DNA of 64,000 nucleotides from Candidatus Kaiserbacteria bacterium (GTDB lineage: Bacteria > Patescibacteriota > Minisyncoccia > Phycocordibacterales > Phycocordibacteraceae). A model generated the notes under the pieces. It was not told the DNA's origin. It saw nothing but the letters and a program-made list of their open reading frames with translations, and did no database searches. Every line of letters starts with the position of its first letter. Position 1 is the stretch's first letter. This document shows, piece after piece, positions 30,037-40,314 of this stretch. The stretch is taken from the NCBI GenBank assembly GCA_026396675.1, contig JAPLWI010000008.1, forward strand, positions 42,883 through 106,882. Direction: 5' to 3'. The position numbers and the translations under genes were made by a program.

Positions 30037-30135
30037 AGCAAATCGCCCCAGCAGATCGCGTGGGGCGATTTGCTGGAGGTCCCTCGTGGGACATAGCGAT
30101 TTAGGCACTCTACACGAAAGGATTAAAAGATGCAA
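30037..30135 (-). promoter_or_regulatory. rplC promoter and structured leader
   Basis: TTGCAT-17-TAGAGT, then hairpin GCAAATCGCCCCA/TGGGGCGATTTGC just before the ATG. Confidence 0.55.
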
Positions 30136-30141
30136 GAAATT

Positions 30142-30864
30142 CTACTGGGCAAGTAATTTTTGCAAGTTTGTAATTCTTCCAACCATTCGTTCTTTGTCCG
30201 CGCCAGATAAATAGCTGGTATCAAAAGACACCAATTGGTCGCTAAGATTTTTCTTTTGATCTGAACTCATTGCGCTCACTTTCGACGATAGAGAATCAAG
30301 TGCTGTTAAGCGTACGTCAATTGCAATGGATTCATTACGTGCAATGGACATCATCTTATCCATGAACGATGCGACGTCAGTTTCTGCTTTCGCCATCACC
30401 ATAATCGCGTTCATGGCAACTGATTCCCTGCGAAAATCTTCTCCTGTTCTTTGTGTTCCTTCTGGAAGGGCTTTCGCGGCATGGATGTCGGAATCTGCGG
30501 ACTTGAGCGCTGCTTGAAAAGTCTGCTGATCTTTTATGAGTCCATACACGGTCGGAAGTATTACGAGCATCGAAACGAGAATGATTATTACCCCTGGGTT
30601 TTCTCTGCCAATTTTTCTAAGGACAGCGTGTATTATCCAACCGTAAACGAAGAACACTACAGGTAGAGTGAAGAGAGCAATTACATAAAATAGAAGTCCG
30701 TAGCTGAAAAAGTCACCAACAAACGGAATTACCCATGAGATAGGGTTCAACAGGAAGATCTTCGAACTTTCCCAAGCAGGAAAAGATACTATCCCTAAAG
30801 CAAAACCGGCCCAGCTTCCCAACATTTTAAACGGGTTGTATGATTTTTTTATTTCTTGTGGCAT
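30142..30864 (-). CDS. Hypothetical membrane protein inserted between rpsJ and rplC
   Basis: 240-aa ORF, about 3 TM plus helical domain. Confidence 0.75.
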   Translation of the reverse strand: MPQEIKKSYNPFKMLGSWAGFALGIVSFPAWESSKIFLLNPISWVIPFVGDFFSYGLLFYVIALFTLPVVFFVYGWIIHAVLRKIGRENPGVIIILVSMLVILPTVYGLIKDQQTFQAALKSADSDIHAAKALPEGTQRTGEDFRRESVAMNAIMVMAKAETDVASFMDKMMSIARNESIAIDVRLTALDSLSSKVSAMSSDQKKNLSDQLVSFDTSYLSGADKERMVGRITNLQKLLAQ

Positions 30865-30881
30865 GAATTCAAGATTAGCAT

Positions 30882-30912
30882 GAAAAATCCCGCCTTGAAG
30901 GCGGGATTTTTC
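30882..30912 (-). terminator. Terminator after rpsJ
   Basis: GAAAAATCCCGCC-TTGAA-GGCGGGATTTTTC. Confidence 0.75.
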
Positions 30913-31006
30913 GTAAGTTAGGACACTCGGTGTCCTAACTTTTAAACCATTCCCTCGATTGACTCGGGATTAGTTAAAACCATAGTCGCGCGGACACTCC
31001 TTGGTT

Positions 31007-31441
31007 TTATACCATCTTTACATCAATCGTGACGCCGGAGGGGAGATTGAGGTTCGTGAGGGCTTCAACAACCTTTGACGATGGGTTCATGATGTCGATA
31101 AGGCGCTTGTGGATGCGCATCTCGAATTGCTCGCGTGCGTCCTTATGAACGAAGGTTGAGCGATTTACCGTCCAACGCTTAATCTCAGTCGGAAGCGGTA
31201 CTGGGCCAACGACCACCGCATCAAAGCGTGCAGCAGTGTCCATAATTTGCTTCACCGAAAGGTCAAGAATCTTGTGTTCATACGCACAGACGCGAATGCG
31301 CAGTTTATGTTCCGCAACGATAGTTGCAACGGCTTCTTTTTTCTTTCTCGGAGCCGCGACTTTCTTACTCTCCGTAACTTTTGAGGGAGAAGGTTTCGTT
31401 TTTGGCTTTGCTTTTGGCTTTGTGGCTGTCGCTTTAGGCAT
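31007..31441 (-). CDS. rpsJ: 30S ribosomal protein S10 (Lys-rich N-terminal extension)
   Basis: LRIRVCAY...GPVPLPT...REQFEMRIHKRLIDI. Confidence 0.97.
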   Translation of the reverse strand: MPKATATKPKAKPKTKPSPSKVTESKKVAAPRKKKEAVATIVAEHKLRIRVCAYEHKILDLSVKQIMDTAARFDAVVVGPVPLPTEIKRWTVNRSTFVHKDAREQFEMRIHKRLIDIMNPSSKVVEALTNLNLPSGVTIDVKMV

Positions 31442-31448
31442 GTTTGGA

Positions 31449-32648
31449 TTACGCAGTAATCTTCGTTACCACGCCTGCGCCGACGGTTTTGCCGCCTTCG
31501 CGAATAGCGAAGTGCTGCTGTTCCTCAAGTGCTACTGGAGCAACTAGTTTCACTTTGAAAGTGACTGTGTCGCCCGGCATAACCATTTCCTTCCCTTCCG
31601 GAAGAGTGACCTCGCCTGTTACGTCCGTTGTGCGGATGTAGAACTGTGGCTTGTAGCCGGAGAAGAACGGCGTGTGTCGGCCTCCTTCATCTTTGCCCAA
31701 GATGTAGACCTCGGCGTCAAAGTCAGTGTGTGGGGTAACCGAGCCAACCTTCGCTAGAACTTGACCGCGATGCACGTCTTCTTTCTTCGTACCGCGCAAG
31801 AGAATGCCTGCGTTGTCGCCTGCGGTCCCTTCTTGAAGCTGTTTATTGAACATTTCAATACCGGTAACAGTTGTCTTTGCAGTTGCTTTAATACCGACAA
31901 TTTCAACTTCCTCACCAACTTTTATGGTGCCGCGTTCGATGCGACCAGTAACTACTGTGCCGCGACCTTCAATAGAGAAGATGTCTTCAATAGGCATAAG
32001 GAACGGCTTCGTTGTTTCGCGTTCCGGAAGATCAAAATAAGTATCCATCGTGTCAACGAGATTTTTGATATCTGCCGCCCATTTATCCGTCAAATCCTTA
32101 GAGTCAAGCGCTTTGAGCGCTGAACCACGGATAATTGGAGTGTTTACTCCATCATAATTCTGCTTCGTGAGAAGTTCGCGGACTTCCTCTTCAACGAGAT
32201 CGATAAGATCGGCTTCCTGAACCATGTCTACCTTGTTGAGGAAGACAATGAGCTTCTTGAGACCCACCTGCTTCGCAAGAAGAATGTGCTCACGCGTCTG
32301 CGGCATCACGCCGTCAGTCGCGGCGACCACGAGAACTGCACCGTCCATCTGAGCGGCACCCGTAATCATGTTCTTGATGTAGTCAGCGTGTCCTGGTGCG
32401 TCGATGTGCGCGTAGTGACGATTCGGTGTTTCATATTCCGAATGGTGGAGAGCGATGGTAATACCACGCGCCTTTTCCTCAGGTGCGCTGTCAATTTTAT
32501 CAACTCCTTCAACACGGGCGCTATAGCCCTGATCCTTCAACATTGAAAGGATATGCAGGATACTTGCGGTCAAAGTTGTTTTCCCATGGTCAACGTGACC
32601 GATGGTGCCGACATTCATGTGCGGCTTACTGCGATTAAATTCTGCCAT
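31449..32648 (-). CDS. tuf: Elongation factor Tu
   Basis: [22 protein letters not shown]. Confidence 0.99.
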   Translation of the reverse strand: MAEFNRSKPHMNVGTIGHVDHGKTTLTASILHILSMLKDQGYSARVEGVDKIDSAPEEKARGITIALHHSEYETPNRHYAHIDAPGHADYIKNMITGAAQMDGAVLVVAATDGVMPQTREHILLAKQVGLKKLIVFLNKVDMVQEADLIDLVEEEVRELLTKQNYDGVNTPIIRGSALKALDSKDLTDKWAADIKNLVDTMDTYFDLPERETTKPFLMPIEDIFSIEGRGTVVTGRIERGTIKVGEEVEIVGIKATAKTTVTGIEMFNKQLQEGTAGDNAGILLRGTKKEDVHRGQVLAKVGSVTPHTDFDAEVYILGKDEGGRHTPFFSGYKPQFYIRTTDVTGEVTLPEGKEMVMPGDTVTFKVKLVAPVALEEQQHFAIREGGKTVGAGVVTKITA

Positions 32649-32813
32649 AATCGGATAAATTAAATTAATAATTCACGAATTAAATCCGACGCCCGCCTTG
32701 CAGAAGCAACGGCGAGGCAGGCGAGTCGGAAACAAACACTCTCCGGCTCATCAAACAGATTCGCCAGCTGGCGAAAGACAAGCCAAAGAGCGACGCCACA
32801 ATGCGTTATGGGC

Positions 32814-32842
32814 ACTATACGAGAGCATCTGCATAAATGCAA
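32814..32842 (-). promoter_or_regulatory. tuf promoter
   Basis: TTGCAT-17-TATAGT. Confidence 0.6.
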
Positions 32843-32902
32843 GGTGTTCTGTCGTGGATAAACAGTAAAGCCCGCGATATGCATCGCGGGCTTTGGTTGT
32901 GT

Positions 32903-33118
32903 TTATTTCCCTCCTTTTCTCCACACCCCCTTTAACATCACCCCGAGACCGATGAAAACGACCCCGAGTAACAATGCGGCCTTGAAGAGCGGTTCTAATG
33001 CATAGAACAACTCATTAAGTGCCGCACCGAGCTTCTGAGGAAACGCGAGCCCGTAAAAAAACGTAAATCCGCCAAGTGTCGCCAATAACCGTCTCGGTGT
33101 CCCGAGAAAAAATCTCAC
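32903..33118 (-). CDS. Small membrane protein (2 TM) between fusA and tuf
   Basis: TTGACA/TATATT promoter at about 33180-33208; terminator 32867-32894; start uncertain. Confidence 0.6.
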   Translation of the reverse strand: MRFFLGTPRRLLATLGGFTFFYGLAFPQKLGAALNELFYALEPLFKAALLLGVVFIGLGVMLKGVWRKGGK

Positions 33119-33214
33119 AAATGCTATATGACACCCCCTTATATTTTTTGAATTTTGACAGATCCAAACGTCTGCGTACAATATAGCGCACTTGTCCAAT
33201 TTTGTCAAGCGCAG

Positions 33215-33262
33215 TTATTTTCGCGAGGCGATAATGTCCGCAGCAATATTGTTCGGGGCTGT
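33215..33262 (-). pseudogene. Leftover duplicate of the fusA 3' end
   Basis: Encodes TAPNNIAADIIASRK* versus EF-G end [15 protein letters not shown]. Confidence 0.9.
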
Positions 33263-33285
33263 GATAGGAAATGTAAAAACTATAG

Positions 33286-33690
33286 CTAAACAGCGTAAGT
33301 AGTTCGTGCTGCAAAAAAGTCAGACACAGAGAGTATGCTTCTCATTCTTGCTGCTTGATATGTAATGAATAACACAGGCAAAGTAAATAACATGCTTCTA
33401 ATCGGATACACGATGAAGGAAAGAGCAAGGCCTACTCCTCTTGGGTTTCTTTTAATAAAAGATTTCGCATTTTCAATTGCAAATCCATAAATCTTTTTGT
33501 TTTTTCCTATACGAACTAAAACTCCGTCTTCGACAGGAACATAGAAACTGCCCTTTGGAAAAGATTCCCCCATGAGAACCATGTCTGCCCTACGATTATA
33601 GGAAACTGACCATGCATCACTCTTAATCCGCCTATCCAAATTAGGATTAGCTAGCATTATTTCCTTTAGTTCATTTAGGTTTTGTTCCAT
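33286..33690 (-). CDS. DUF2283-like protein (putative antitoxin)
   Basis: YNRRADMV...VEDGVLVRI...IYGFAIEN pattern; overlaps upstream gene. Confidence 0.55.
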   Translation of the reverse strand: MEQNLNELKEIMLANPNLDRRIKSDAWSVSYNRRADMVLMGESFPKGSFYVPVEDGVLVRIGKNKKIYGFAIENAKSFIKRNPRGVGLALSFIVYPIRSMLFTLPVLFITYQAARMRSILSVSDFFAARTTYAV

Positions 33691-34037
33691 ATAGTTTCTT
33701 CTCCTTCTGGGAAAAATGCCGTGAAATAAGCAGTCAACACTCTTATCTTACCATACCATGTATGTTCTAGCACAACCTTCATATGTTGATTCGAGTAATC
33801 TTTATCTCCAGAAAACCAAGCATAATAACACTTTCTTTTATCCTCATTCCTATCTTGACGCACTTCATTTGGGTTTTCAATTGCTTCCCTTACCGTCTTA
33901 AAATGTGTCTCTATTTCTAAATGTCCAGTGTGATTCTTCTTTCCATCTCTCACCGCTAAATAGTCCTCTTCAAACCATACTACTGGTTCGTGATTCATTC
34001 CCTCAACAAATCTATGCAATATCTTCCACGAAAGCAT
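33675..34037 (-). CDS. BECR/RelE-fold-like nuclease (putative toxin)
   Basis: AIENPNEVRQD...YY...MKVV...VLTAYF pattern; AT-rich. Confidence 0.55.
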   Translation of the reverse strand: MLSWKILHRFVEGMNHEPVVWFEEDYLAVRDGKKNHTGHLEIETHFKTVREAIENPNEVRQDRNEDKRKCYYAWFSGDKDYSNQHMKVVLEHTWYGKIRVLTAYFTAFFPEGEETIWNKT

Positions 34038-34099
34038 GCTTTGAAAATAGCACGCTACTACTTTTTTCAAAAGACAGTCTTGTGCTCAATTGTTTATTT

Positions 34100-36247
34100 T
34101 TACTTCCTGCTCGCGATGATATCAGTGGCAATGTTATTGGGAACCGTGTCATAGTGATCGAATTCCATCGTCATCGAGCCGCGGCCTTCGGTCATTGAAC
34201 GAAGAGTGGTTGTGTAGCCGAACATTTCGGAGAGCGGGACTTTTGCCTTCACCACCTTATTTAAGCCGCGTTCTTCCATTCCCTCAATCTGGCCGCGCTT
34301 CCCAGAGAGATTGCCTGTGATGTCGCCCATGAATTGTTCCGGTACGATAACTTCAACGCGCATAATCGGTTCCAGAATAACCGCTTTCGCTTTGCTAGCC
34401 GCTTCTTGGAACGCCATTGACGCCGCAATCTTGAATGCGATTTCGGACGAGTCCACATCGTGATATGAACCGTCATAAAGGTCTACTGAAATATCAACCA
34501 TCGGGAAGCCAGCGAGGAATCCGCGCGACATTGCTTCGCGGAGACCCTTCTCCACTGCTGGAATATATTCCTGCGGAACGACACCGCCTTTGATGTTGTT
34601 AATAAATTCAAAATGATCTTCGCGTGTGATGTTCTTCGGCATCTTCGCGCCTTCCACGAGCGGCTCCATCTTCTTCATCTTTATCTTTACGTGGCCATAC
34701 TGACCGCGACCTCCTGTTTGTTTAATGTACTTCCCTTCAGCATCTGCAGAGCCGAGAATTGTTTCGCGGTATGCCACCTGTGGCTTACCCACATCAGCGA
34801 CGACATTGAATTCGCGCTTCATTCGTTCCACAAGAATTTCCAAATGCAATTCGCCCATACCAGAAATAATGGTCTCACCGGTCTCATCGTCGGTTTTGAT
34901 TCGGAATGTCGGATCTTCATCAGAAAGTTTGCGGAGTGCGATGCCCATTTTTTCCTGATCCGCTTTCGTTTTCGGTTCAATGCGAAGTGATACAACCGGC
35001 TCAGGGAATTTAATTTGTTCAAGTATGATTGGATTTGCTTCGTCGCAGAGAGTGTGCGATGTCTTCGTATCTTTAAGACCCACAGCGGCGGCTATTTCTC
35101 CAGCAAAGACCTTTTCAACCTCTTCGCGCTTATCGGCCTGAAGTCGCACGATGCGGCCGACGCGCTCTTTCGTTCCTGTCGTTGAATTATAGACATAAGA
35201 GCCGGCTGAAAGTGTACCGGAATATACACGGAAGAAAGTTAACGCACCGACGAATGGATCTGTTTGGAGTTTGAACGCAAGTGCACAGAACGGCTCGTCG
35301 TCCGACGCGTGGCGCTCAACCGGATCGCCTGTCTTTGGATTTGTGCCAGTCGCTGGCGGTAGTTCGAATGGTGATGGTAGATAATCAACAACAGCGTCAA
35401 GAACAAGTTGTACGCCTTTATTTTTCAGAGCGCTCCCACAGTAAACCGGAAAGACCTCATTTGCGACGACCGCCTTATGTAAAATCGCTTTTAATTCTTC
35501 AAGCGGTGGTTCTTTCCCTTCCAAATACGCGTTCATTGCAGAATCGTTTTGCTCAACAATGCGTTCAATGAGTTCGGCGCGATATTTTTTCGCATCTTCA
35601 AGAAGGTTCGCTGGAATTTCTACTTCAACCACTTCTTCGCCCATATTCCCAGTAAAATGATAGGCCTTCATCGTCAGTAAATCCACAGAGCCCTCGTGTG
35701 CCGTTTCTTCACCGATAGGAATCTGCATGCGAATGGCCTTCGGCGAGAGCCGATCAAGAATACTCGCATAAGAATTTTCAAAAGACGCGCCAGTGCGGTC
35801 AAGCTTATTGATGAAACAAATGCGCGGCACCTGAGCCTCGTCTGCATAGCGCCAGTTGGTCTCGGACTGCGGTTCAACGCCGGCGACACCATCAAAAACG
35901 ACGATGGCTCCATCAAGCACGCGCATTGAACGCTTCACTTCTGCAGTGAAATCAATATGCCCCGGAGTATCAATAATATTGAAACGAGATTTTTTTGAAG
36001 TGTCCTTTTTATCCTTCTCGCTGGTCTTAGTCCAGAAACAGGTAATGGCGGCAGATGTAATCGTGATGCCACGTTCGCGTTCCTGTTCCATCCAGTCGGT
36101 CGTTGTTTCTCCCTCGTGTACTTCGCCGATTTTATGCTGACTGCCCGTATAGAAAAGAATTCGTTCGCTTACAGTCGTCTTCCCCGCGTCAATGTGAGCG
36201 ATAATGCCGAAGTTGCGCACGCGTTCTAGTGGATAATCACGATTCAT
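34100..36247 (-). CDS. fusA: Elongation factor G
   Basis: [25 protein letters not shown]. Confidence 0.99.
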   Translation of the reverse strand: MNRDYPLERVRNFGIIAHIDAGKTTVSERILFYTGSQHKIGEVHEGETTTDWMEQERERGITITSAAITCFWTKTSEKDKKDTSKKSRFNIIDTPGHIDFTAEVKRSMRVLDGAIVVFDGVAGVEPQSETNWRYADEAQVPRICFINKLDRTGASFENSYASILDRLSPKAIRMQIPIGEETAHEGSVDLLTMKAYHFTGNMGEEVVEVEIPANLLEDAKKYRAELIERIVEQNDSAMNAYLEGKEPPLEELKAILHKAVVANEVFPVYCGSALKNKGVQLVLDAVVDYLPSPFELPPATGTNPKTGDPVERHASDDEPFCALAFKLQTDPFVGALTFFRVYSGTLSAGSYVYNSTTGTKERVGRIVRLQADKREEVEKVFAGEIAAAVGLKDTKTSHTLCDEANPIILEQIKFPEPVVSLRIEPKTKADQEKMGIALRKLSDEDPTFRIKTDDETGETIISGMGELHLEILVERMKREFNVVADVGKPQVAYRETILGSADAEGKYIKQTGGRGQYGHVKIKMKKMEPLVEGAKMPKNITREDHFEFINNIKGGVVPQEYIPAVEKGLREAMSRGFLAGFPMVDISVDLYDGSYHDVDSSEIAFKIAASMAFQEAASKAKAVILEPIMRVEVIVPEQFMGDITGNLSGKRGQIEGMEERGLNKVVKAKVPLSEMFGYTTTLRSMTEGRGSMTMEFDHYDTVPNNIATDIIASRK

Positions 36248-36261
36248 ACAATTCTTCCAAT

Positions 36262-36322
36262 CTACTACCAAGCGAACCGAATAACAAATATATGTCGCAT
36301 ATATTTGTTTGAGGTAAGCGCA
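36262..36322. repeat. 60-nt structured dispersed repeat, copy 1
   Basis: Aligns with 50890-50949. Confidence 0.8.
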
Positions 36323-36344
36323 TGGAGGAAGCCGTTCATACGGC

Positions 36345-36809
36345 TTACCACGCAAAATGTGCGAAGGCCTTGTTTGCTTCTGCCATGCGATGCATTTCGT
36401 CTTTCTTTTTAATCGCATCGCCTTCGTTTTTGGCGGCCAACACGAGTTCGGCGGCGAGTTTTTCAGCCATCGGCTTTCCCTTTTTTGAACGAGCGGCGTT
36501 TATGAGCCAACGAAATGAAAGTGCGAGACGACGCGTCTGCGGCACCTCACGCGGAACTTGATAATTCGCCCCACCGACACGACGCGAACGCACTTCCATC
36601 AATGGCGACACATTGCGCAACGCCGCTTCAAAGGTTTCTAGAGGATTCGCGCCGTCCTTCTCTATCACCGCGAGTGCGTCATAAACAATTGCGCGCGCTG
36701 TATCCTTTTTCCCATTCCACATCACCGCATTGATAAAACGTGTGAGCGTCTCCGAACCGTATTTCAGGTCCGGGCGCCAAGTTCTTTTATGTTTTAGAGG
36801 ACGACGCAT
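36345..36809 (-). CDS. rpsG: 30S ribosomal protein S7
   Basis: [15 protein letters not shown]...[11 protein letters not shown]. Confidence 0.98.
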   Translation of the reverse strand: MRRPLKHKRTWRPDLKYGSETLTRFINAVMWNGKKDTARAIVYDALAVIEKDGANPLETFEAALRNVSPLMEVRSRRVGGANYQVPREVPQTRRLALSFRWLINAARSKKGKPMAEKLAAELVLAAKNEGDAIKKKDEMHRMAEANKAFAHFAW

Positions 36810-36810
36810 A

Positions 36811-37218
36811 TTATTTCGGGCGTTTCGCGCCATAACGTGAACGACCGCGACGACGCTTTTCAACGCCGCTTGTGTCTAGTTTGCCGCGGACAATTGTGTA
36901 TTGCACGCCGATATCTTTTACGCGGCCACCACGAAGCAGAACGACCGAGTGCTCTTGGAGATTATGTCCCATTCCTGGGATGTAGGCGGTCACTTCCATA
37001 CCATTGGTGAGACGAACGCGGGCGATCTTACGGATGGCGGAGTTCGGTTTTCGCGGGGTCTTCGTGGTTACCTTCGTGCACACTCCTCGCTTGAAGGGAG
37101 AAGGATAATAGGTCGGACGATTTGAAAGCGTATTAAAACCGCGGGCGAGCGCAAGCACGCCTGTCTTTGACGGTTTGTTCTTGCGCCCTTTTCTGGAAAG
37201 TTGATTGATCGTTGACAT
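36811..37218 (-). CDS. rpsL: 30S ribosomal protein S12
   Basis: RGVCTKV...[13 protein letters not shown]...[10 protein letters not shown]. Confidence 0.98.
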   Translation of the reverse strand: MSTINQLSRKGRKNKPSKTGVLALARGFNTLSNRPTYYPSPFKRGVCTKVTTKTPRKPNSAIRKIARVRLTNGMEVTAYIPGMGHNLQEHSVVLLRGGRVKDIGVQYTIVRGKLDTSGVEKRRRGRSRYGAKRPK

Positions 37219-37285
37219 TAAAATAAGACCCGCGAGGGTCAACGACAATATAAAGGAATTGCGAGAAGAAAGCAACTGTGCACTC

Positions 37286-38110
37286 CTACTTCTCGTCAAT
37301 TGGTTCGCGATATGGGTCAACTGAATAAGGTCTTGAAGAAACAGGGGACAGCGGCTGAACGGGAGGAGTTGATTTCGGTTGAACTGTCGGGGGCAATATT
37401 ACTCCAGGAAGATTCGGTGGTGGAGGGGCAGTTCGTGCGGGGACAGAAAGTTTCGGCGTTGTGTTGAATTCGATATGTGGTTCTTCGCGGTCTTCTAGAA
37501 GTTTTTCGTTTGTTATCGGCTGTGGTGTAGATACGACAGGGCGCGGTTGCATTGAACTAGGTGGTGGCAATTTATTTTCCAAATGAAAATATTTCTTTGC
37601 CTCGCCAGAGCCCTGCGCGGAGGCGGGTGGCGTTTGCGGTGGAGTATAAGCCGGAACTGGCGCGTGTATTTGCGGTGGTCGCGGAATTGCAGTCGGCGTC
37701 GCACTCCACGAGCGCGGCGGCGCAGGAGGTAAATTAGAAGGTGGAGTTGGTATTTTGAGCGGTTGTTGTTTGAGTATTTCAGCTCCTTTACGCATTTCTT
37801 CTTGAAGAGGTATGAAAATCTGAGTGTTTACATCTTGAATTATGTTATTGATAGTTTGTTGACTTATATTCGCCTCTTCCACGAGCGCTTGAGTGAATTC
37901 TGCTGGATTCTCAATACCCATTAAGAGCAACATTATTTCTCGCTCAAGAATGCTCGCTTGATCAACATGGAGCGCATATTTAGTCATCAAGTTTTTCGCA
38001 ACTTCTGAATATTTTCCTTGCGCGAGATACTGCCGAATCGGCGGCGGCAATGTTTGCATCACCTCTTTGATGCTTTTTTCTAAATCCGGTTCTTGTTGTT
38101 GTGGTTCCAT
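37286..38110 (-). CDS. CPR-type hypothetical protein with Pro-rich linker and C-terminal DPYREP motif
   Basis: Helical N-domain, low-complexity Pro region, ends [13 protein letters not shown]. Confidence 0.75.
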   Translation of the reverse strand: MEPQQQEPDLEKSIKEVMQTLPPPIRQYLAQGKYSEVAKNLMTKYALHVDQASILEREIMLLLMGIENPAEFTQALVEEANISQQTINNIIQDVNTQIFIPLQEEMRKGAEILKQQPLKIPTPPSNLPPAPPRSWSATPTAIPRPPQIHAPVPAYTPPQTPPASAQGSGEAKKYFHLENKLPPPSSMQPRPVVSTPQPITNEKLLEDREEPHIEFNTTPKLSVPARTAPPPPNLPGVILPPTVQPKSTPPVQPLSPVSSRPYSVDPYREPIDEK

Positions 38111-38116
38111 AGTGAA

Positions 38117-40309
38117 TTACTTTTTATCTCCTTCCTCTTTTGACTTTGCTTTTGCTTCTTCAACCTTCTTTTCAAAATTCTTCATGTAATCGCTCATACC
38201 GCCAGTTGCGTTTTCTTTCTTTTCCTCTTTACCTCCGGATTCCTTTTCTTCAGATTTTTCAAGAAGTTCTTGAATTTTATTAAAACCATACTTGTCAGCT
38301 TTCTTTCCTTTCCTTTTAATAATTTCCTTTGCTGCGTCTGTATTAGCTGCGAGGTTGATATATTTGTTAAAGAACGATTCTTGATCAAGACCGAGTTGTA
38401 GATTCTTTGCGTATTTTGCTTGAGCACCCACATTCGACTTCGCAATCTTCATCTCATTTTCTTTTGCTTCTTTTGCTTCTTCTGCTTTTGTCTTTACTGT
38501 CGCTTTTTCCTGAAGAGTTTTTTGTGCCTGCTGTAATTTCAGCTCTGCATCTCTAACGCCGAATTGGCTAGTGGTAAGATTTTTCCGCGCAACTTCAAGT
38601 TTTTGCCCAGTATCTCGTGTGACACCTCCAGGAGAGAATTGACGTTCTTGTTCTTCTTCCTTTTCAAGTCGACCGACCTCTGCTTCTTGTTTATGAAGTT
38701 CCTGTACAGCAGCTGTGCCTTCTTCACGCGCCGAATCCATTTGAGTTGATGCTGTATTATGTTCTTCTTGCGCTTTCTTTAGATTTTTTTCTGTCAGCGC
38801 AACACTTTCCTTCTCTTTCCCAGTAAGCCCTCGTCCTGTAAGTTCTGCTGCATAACTAGTTCTCTTCCCTATTCTTTCTTTTAGCTCAGCTCGATATCCA
38901 CCTTTTTGCGCCTGGCCTGCATTAATGCCACCGCCGGGGAAATTTTTTAGTGCTCCCGTACCACGAACATCAAAGCTTCCTTTAGCAGCACGATCAAGAC
39001 CTTTTACGACTCCTGTTCCTAGAAGGGGTATACTCGCAAACCGCGTATTGCGCAGACCTCTAGCGGCTTTATTAGCGCCCCACCCAACCGTAGAGCGCAT
39101 ACCAAAAGCAGTTGCGCCAAACGAAAGTTTTCCTGCGGTTTTTGATGCCCAGTCAGCACCGATGGCGCCCAATTTTTTTGAAAAGACAACAACAGAGAGA
39201 AGCAATCCCATTGCGACAAGGAAAGAAAGTAAGAGACCAGCAAAACCAGTGATACCTCCAGGAATAAAGATACTGTCCCATCCTGTATTTTTATCTACGC
39301 CAAATCCAGTAAGGAACTGCACATCGGTAATGACAGCGAGCGCTATATAGAGCAAAAGAAGCAAAATCGGAGCAGTAATAGTTTGTTCAATAAGCATATC
39401 TTTCCACTGCTTCGCTATGCCGGAGAGTTTAGGTATCGCATAACCAGCGAAACCGATTGGCGCGATAATAATAACGAAAATCAGTATGACGAATCGTGAA
39501 ATGAGTATGAATGAGAGCGAAAACATCACGAATGCCGTGACGAGAAAAAGTAAGATACCCATAAAACCGATAAACCACGGATTAGCGCCACTGAAAATTG
39601 CCGTATTTGTAACCGCTTTACCATAGATGGACTGAAGCCCCAACTGCCCCATAATCTTGCTCGAGATACCATTGCTCGTAGCATTTTTTATGTTATCAAA
39701 ATTTAAATCTTGTGCTCCAGCTGGATTGCCGCCGTTGATCTGCGTATAAAATTGCGTTGCAAAAAGATTCCCTGTATCAACCACCGCTTCAGAGATGAAA
39801 AGTGAAAAATTGAGAAAGACGGCGGATATGAGTAATGTTGGAAGCATCTTGGTTCCCCATCCGAATTTTTCTGTATTCAGAATAGTTGAAATACCGACGG
39901 CGAGAAAACCGAATATGAGAATAATATTGCCAATATCGCGCAATATCCTCCAAACAACACCGACAGCTGTGAGATTGTTCACATATTTCCCCATCGTAAC
40001 GACGGTGTAGTACACTGCGTTATCCAGCGTAATCGCTGCAACTCCAACGAGCCAGGCAAATAGACCCATAATCCTAACCATCACGCCGTCGTAGGCGGAA
40101 TCCATACTTTGATTGAATTGAGTTGGATTTTGCGCGCCAGCGGCTGGTGTTGCCGCAGTTTTTGGTGTTGCTGGATTTTGAGTACTAGGAGAATCGAAAG
40201 CCGCAGCATCTCCTGCCGACTCATATTGAGCGTGCGCGGCGGGTGCAACGCCCGCCGCGCCCGTAACAAGTGCGAGTGAGATGAGAGAAATGGAAAGAAA
40301 TCGTCGCAT
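38117..40309 (-). CDS. Polytopic membrane protein, TrbL/VirB6-like, with coiled-coil tail
   Basis: W..LRDIGN, NFSLFI...VD, R.VIL.F.II.API.F patterns; many TM. Confidence 0.6.
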   Translation of the reverse strand: MRRFLSISLISLALVTGAAGVAPAAHAQYESAGDAAAFDSPSTQNPATPKTAATPAAGAQNPTQFNQSMDSAYDGVMVRIMGLFAWLVGVAAITLDNAVYYTVVTMGKYVNNLTAVGVVWRILRDIGNIILIFGFLAVGISTILNTEKFGWGTKMLPTLLISAVFLNFSLFISEAVVDTGNLFATQFYTQINGGNPAGAQDLNFDNIKNATSNGISSKIMGQLGLQSIYGKAVTNTAIFSGANPWFIGFMGILLFLVTAFVMFSLSFILISRFVILIFVIIIAPIGFAGYAIPKLSGIAKQWKDMLIEQTITAPILLLLLYIALAVITDVQFLTGFGVDKNTGWDSIFIPGGITGFAGLLLSFLVAMGLLLSVVVFSKKLGAIGADWASKTAGKLSFGATAFGMRSTVGWGANKAARGLRNTRFASIPLLGTGVVKGLDRAAKGSFDVRGTGALKNFPGGGINAGQAQKGGYRAELKERIGKRTSYAAELTGRGLTGKEKESVALTEKNLKKAQEEHNTASTQMDSAREEGTAAVQELHKQEAEVGRLEKEEEQERQFSPGGVTRDTGQKLEVARKNLTTSQFGVRDAELKLQQAQKTLQEKATVKTKAEEAKEAKENEMKIAKSNVGAQAKYAKNLQLGLDQESFFNKYINLAANTDAAKEIIKRKGKKADKYGFNKIQELLEKSEEKESGGKEEKKENATGGMSDYMKNFEKKVEEAKAKSKEEGDKK

Positions 40310-40314
40310 ATAAA

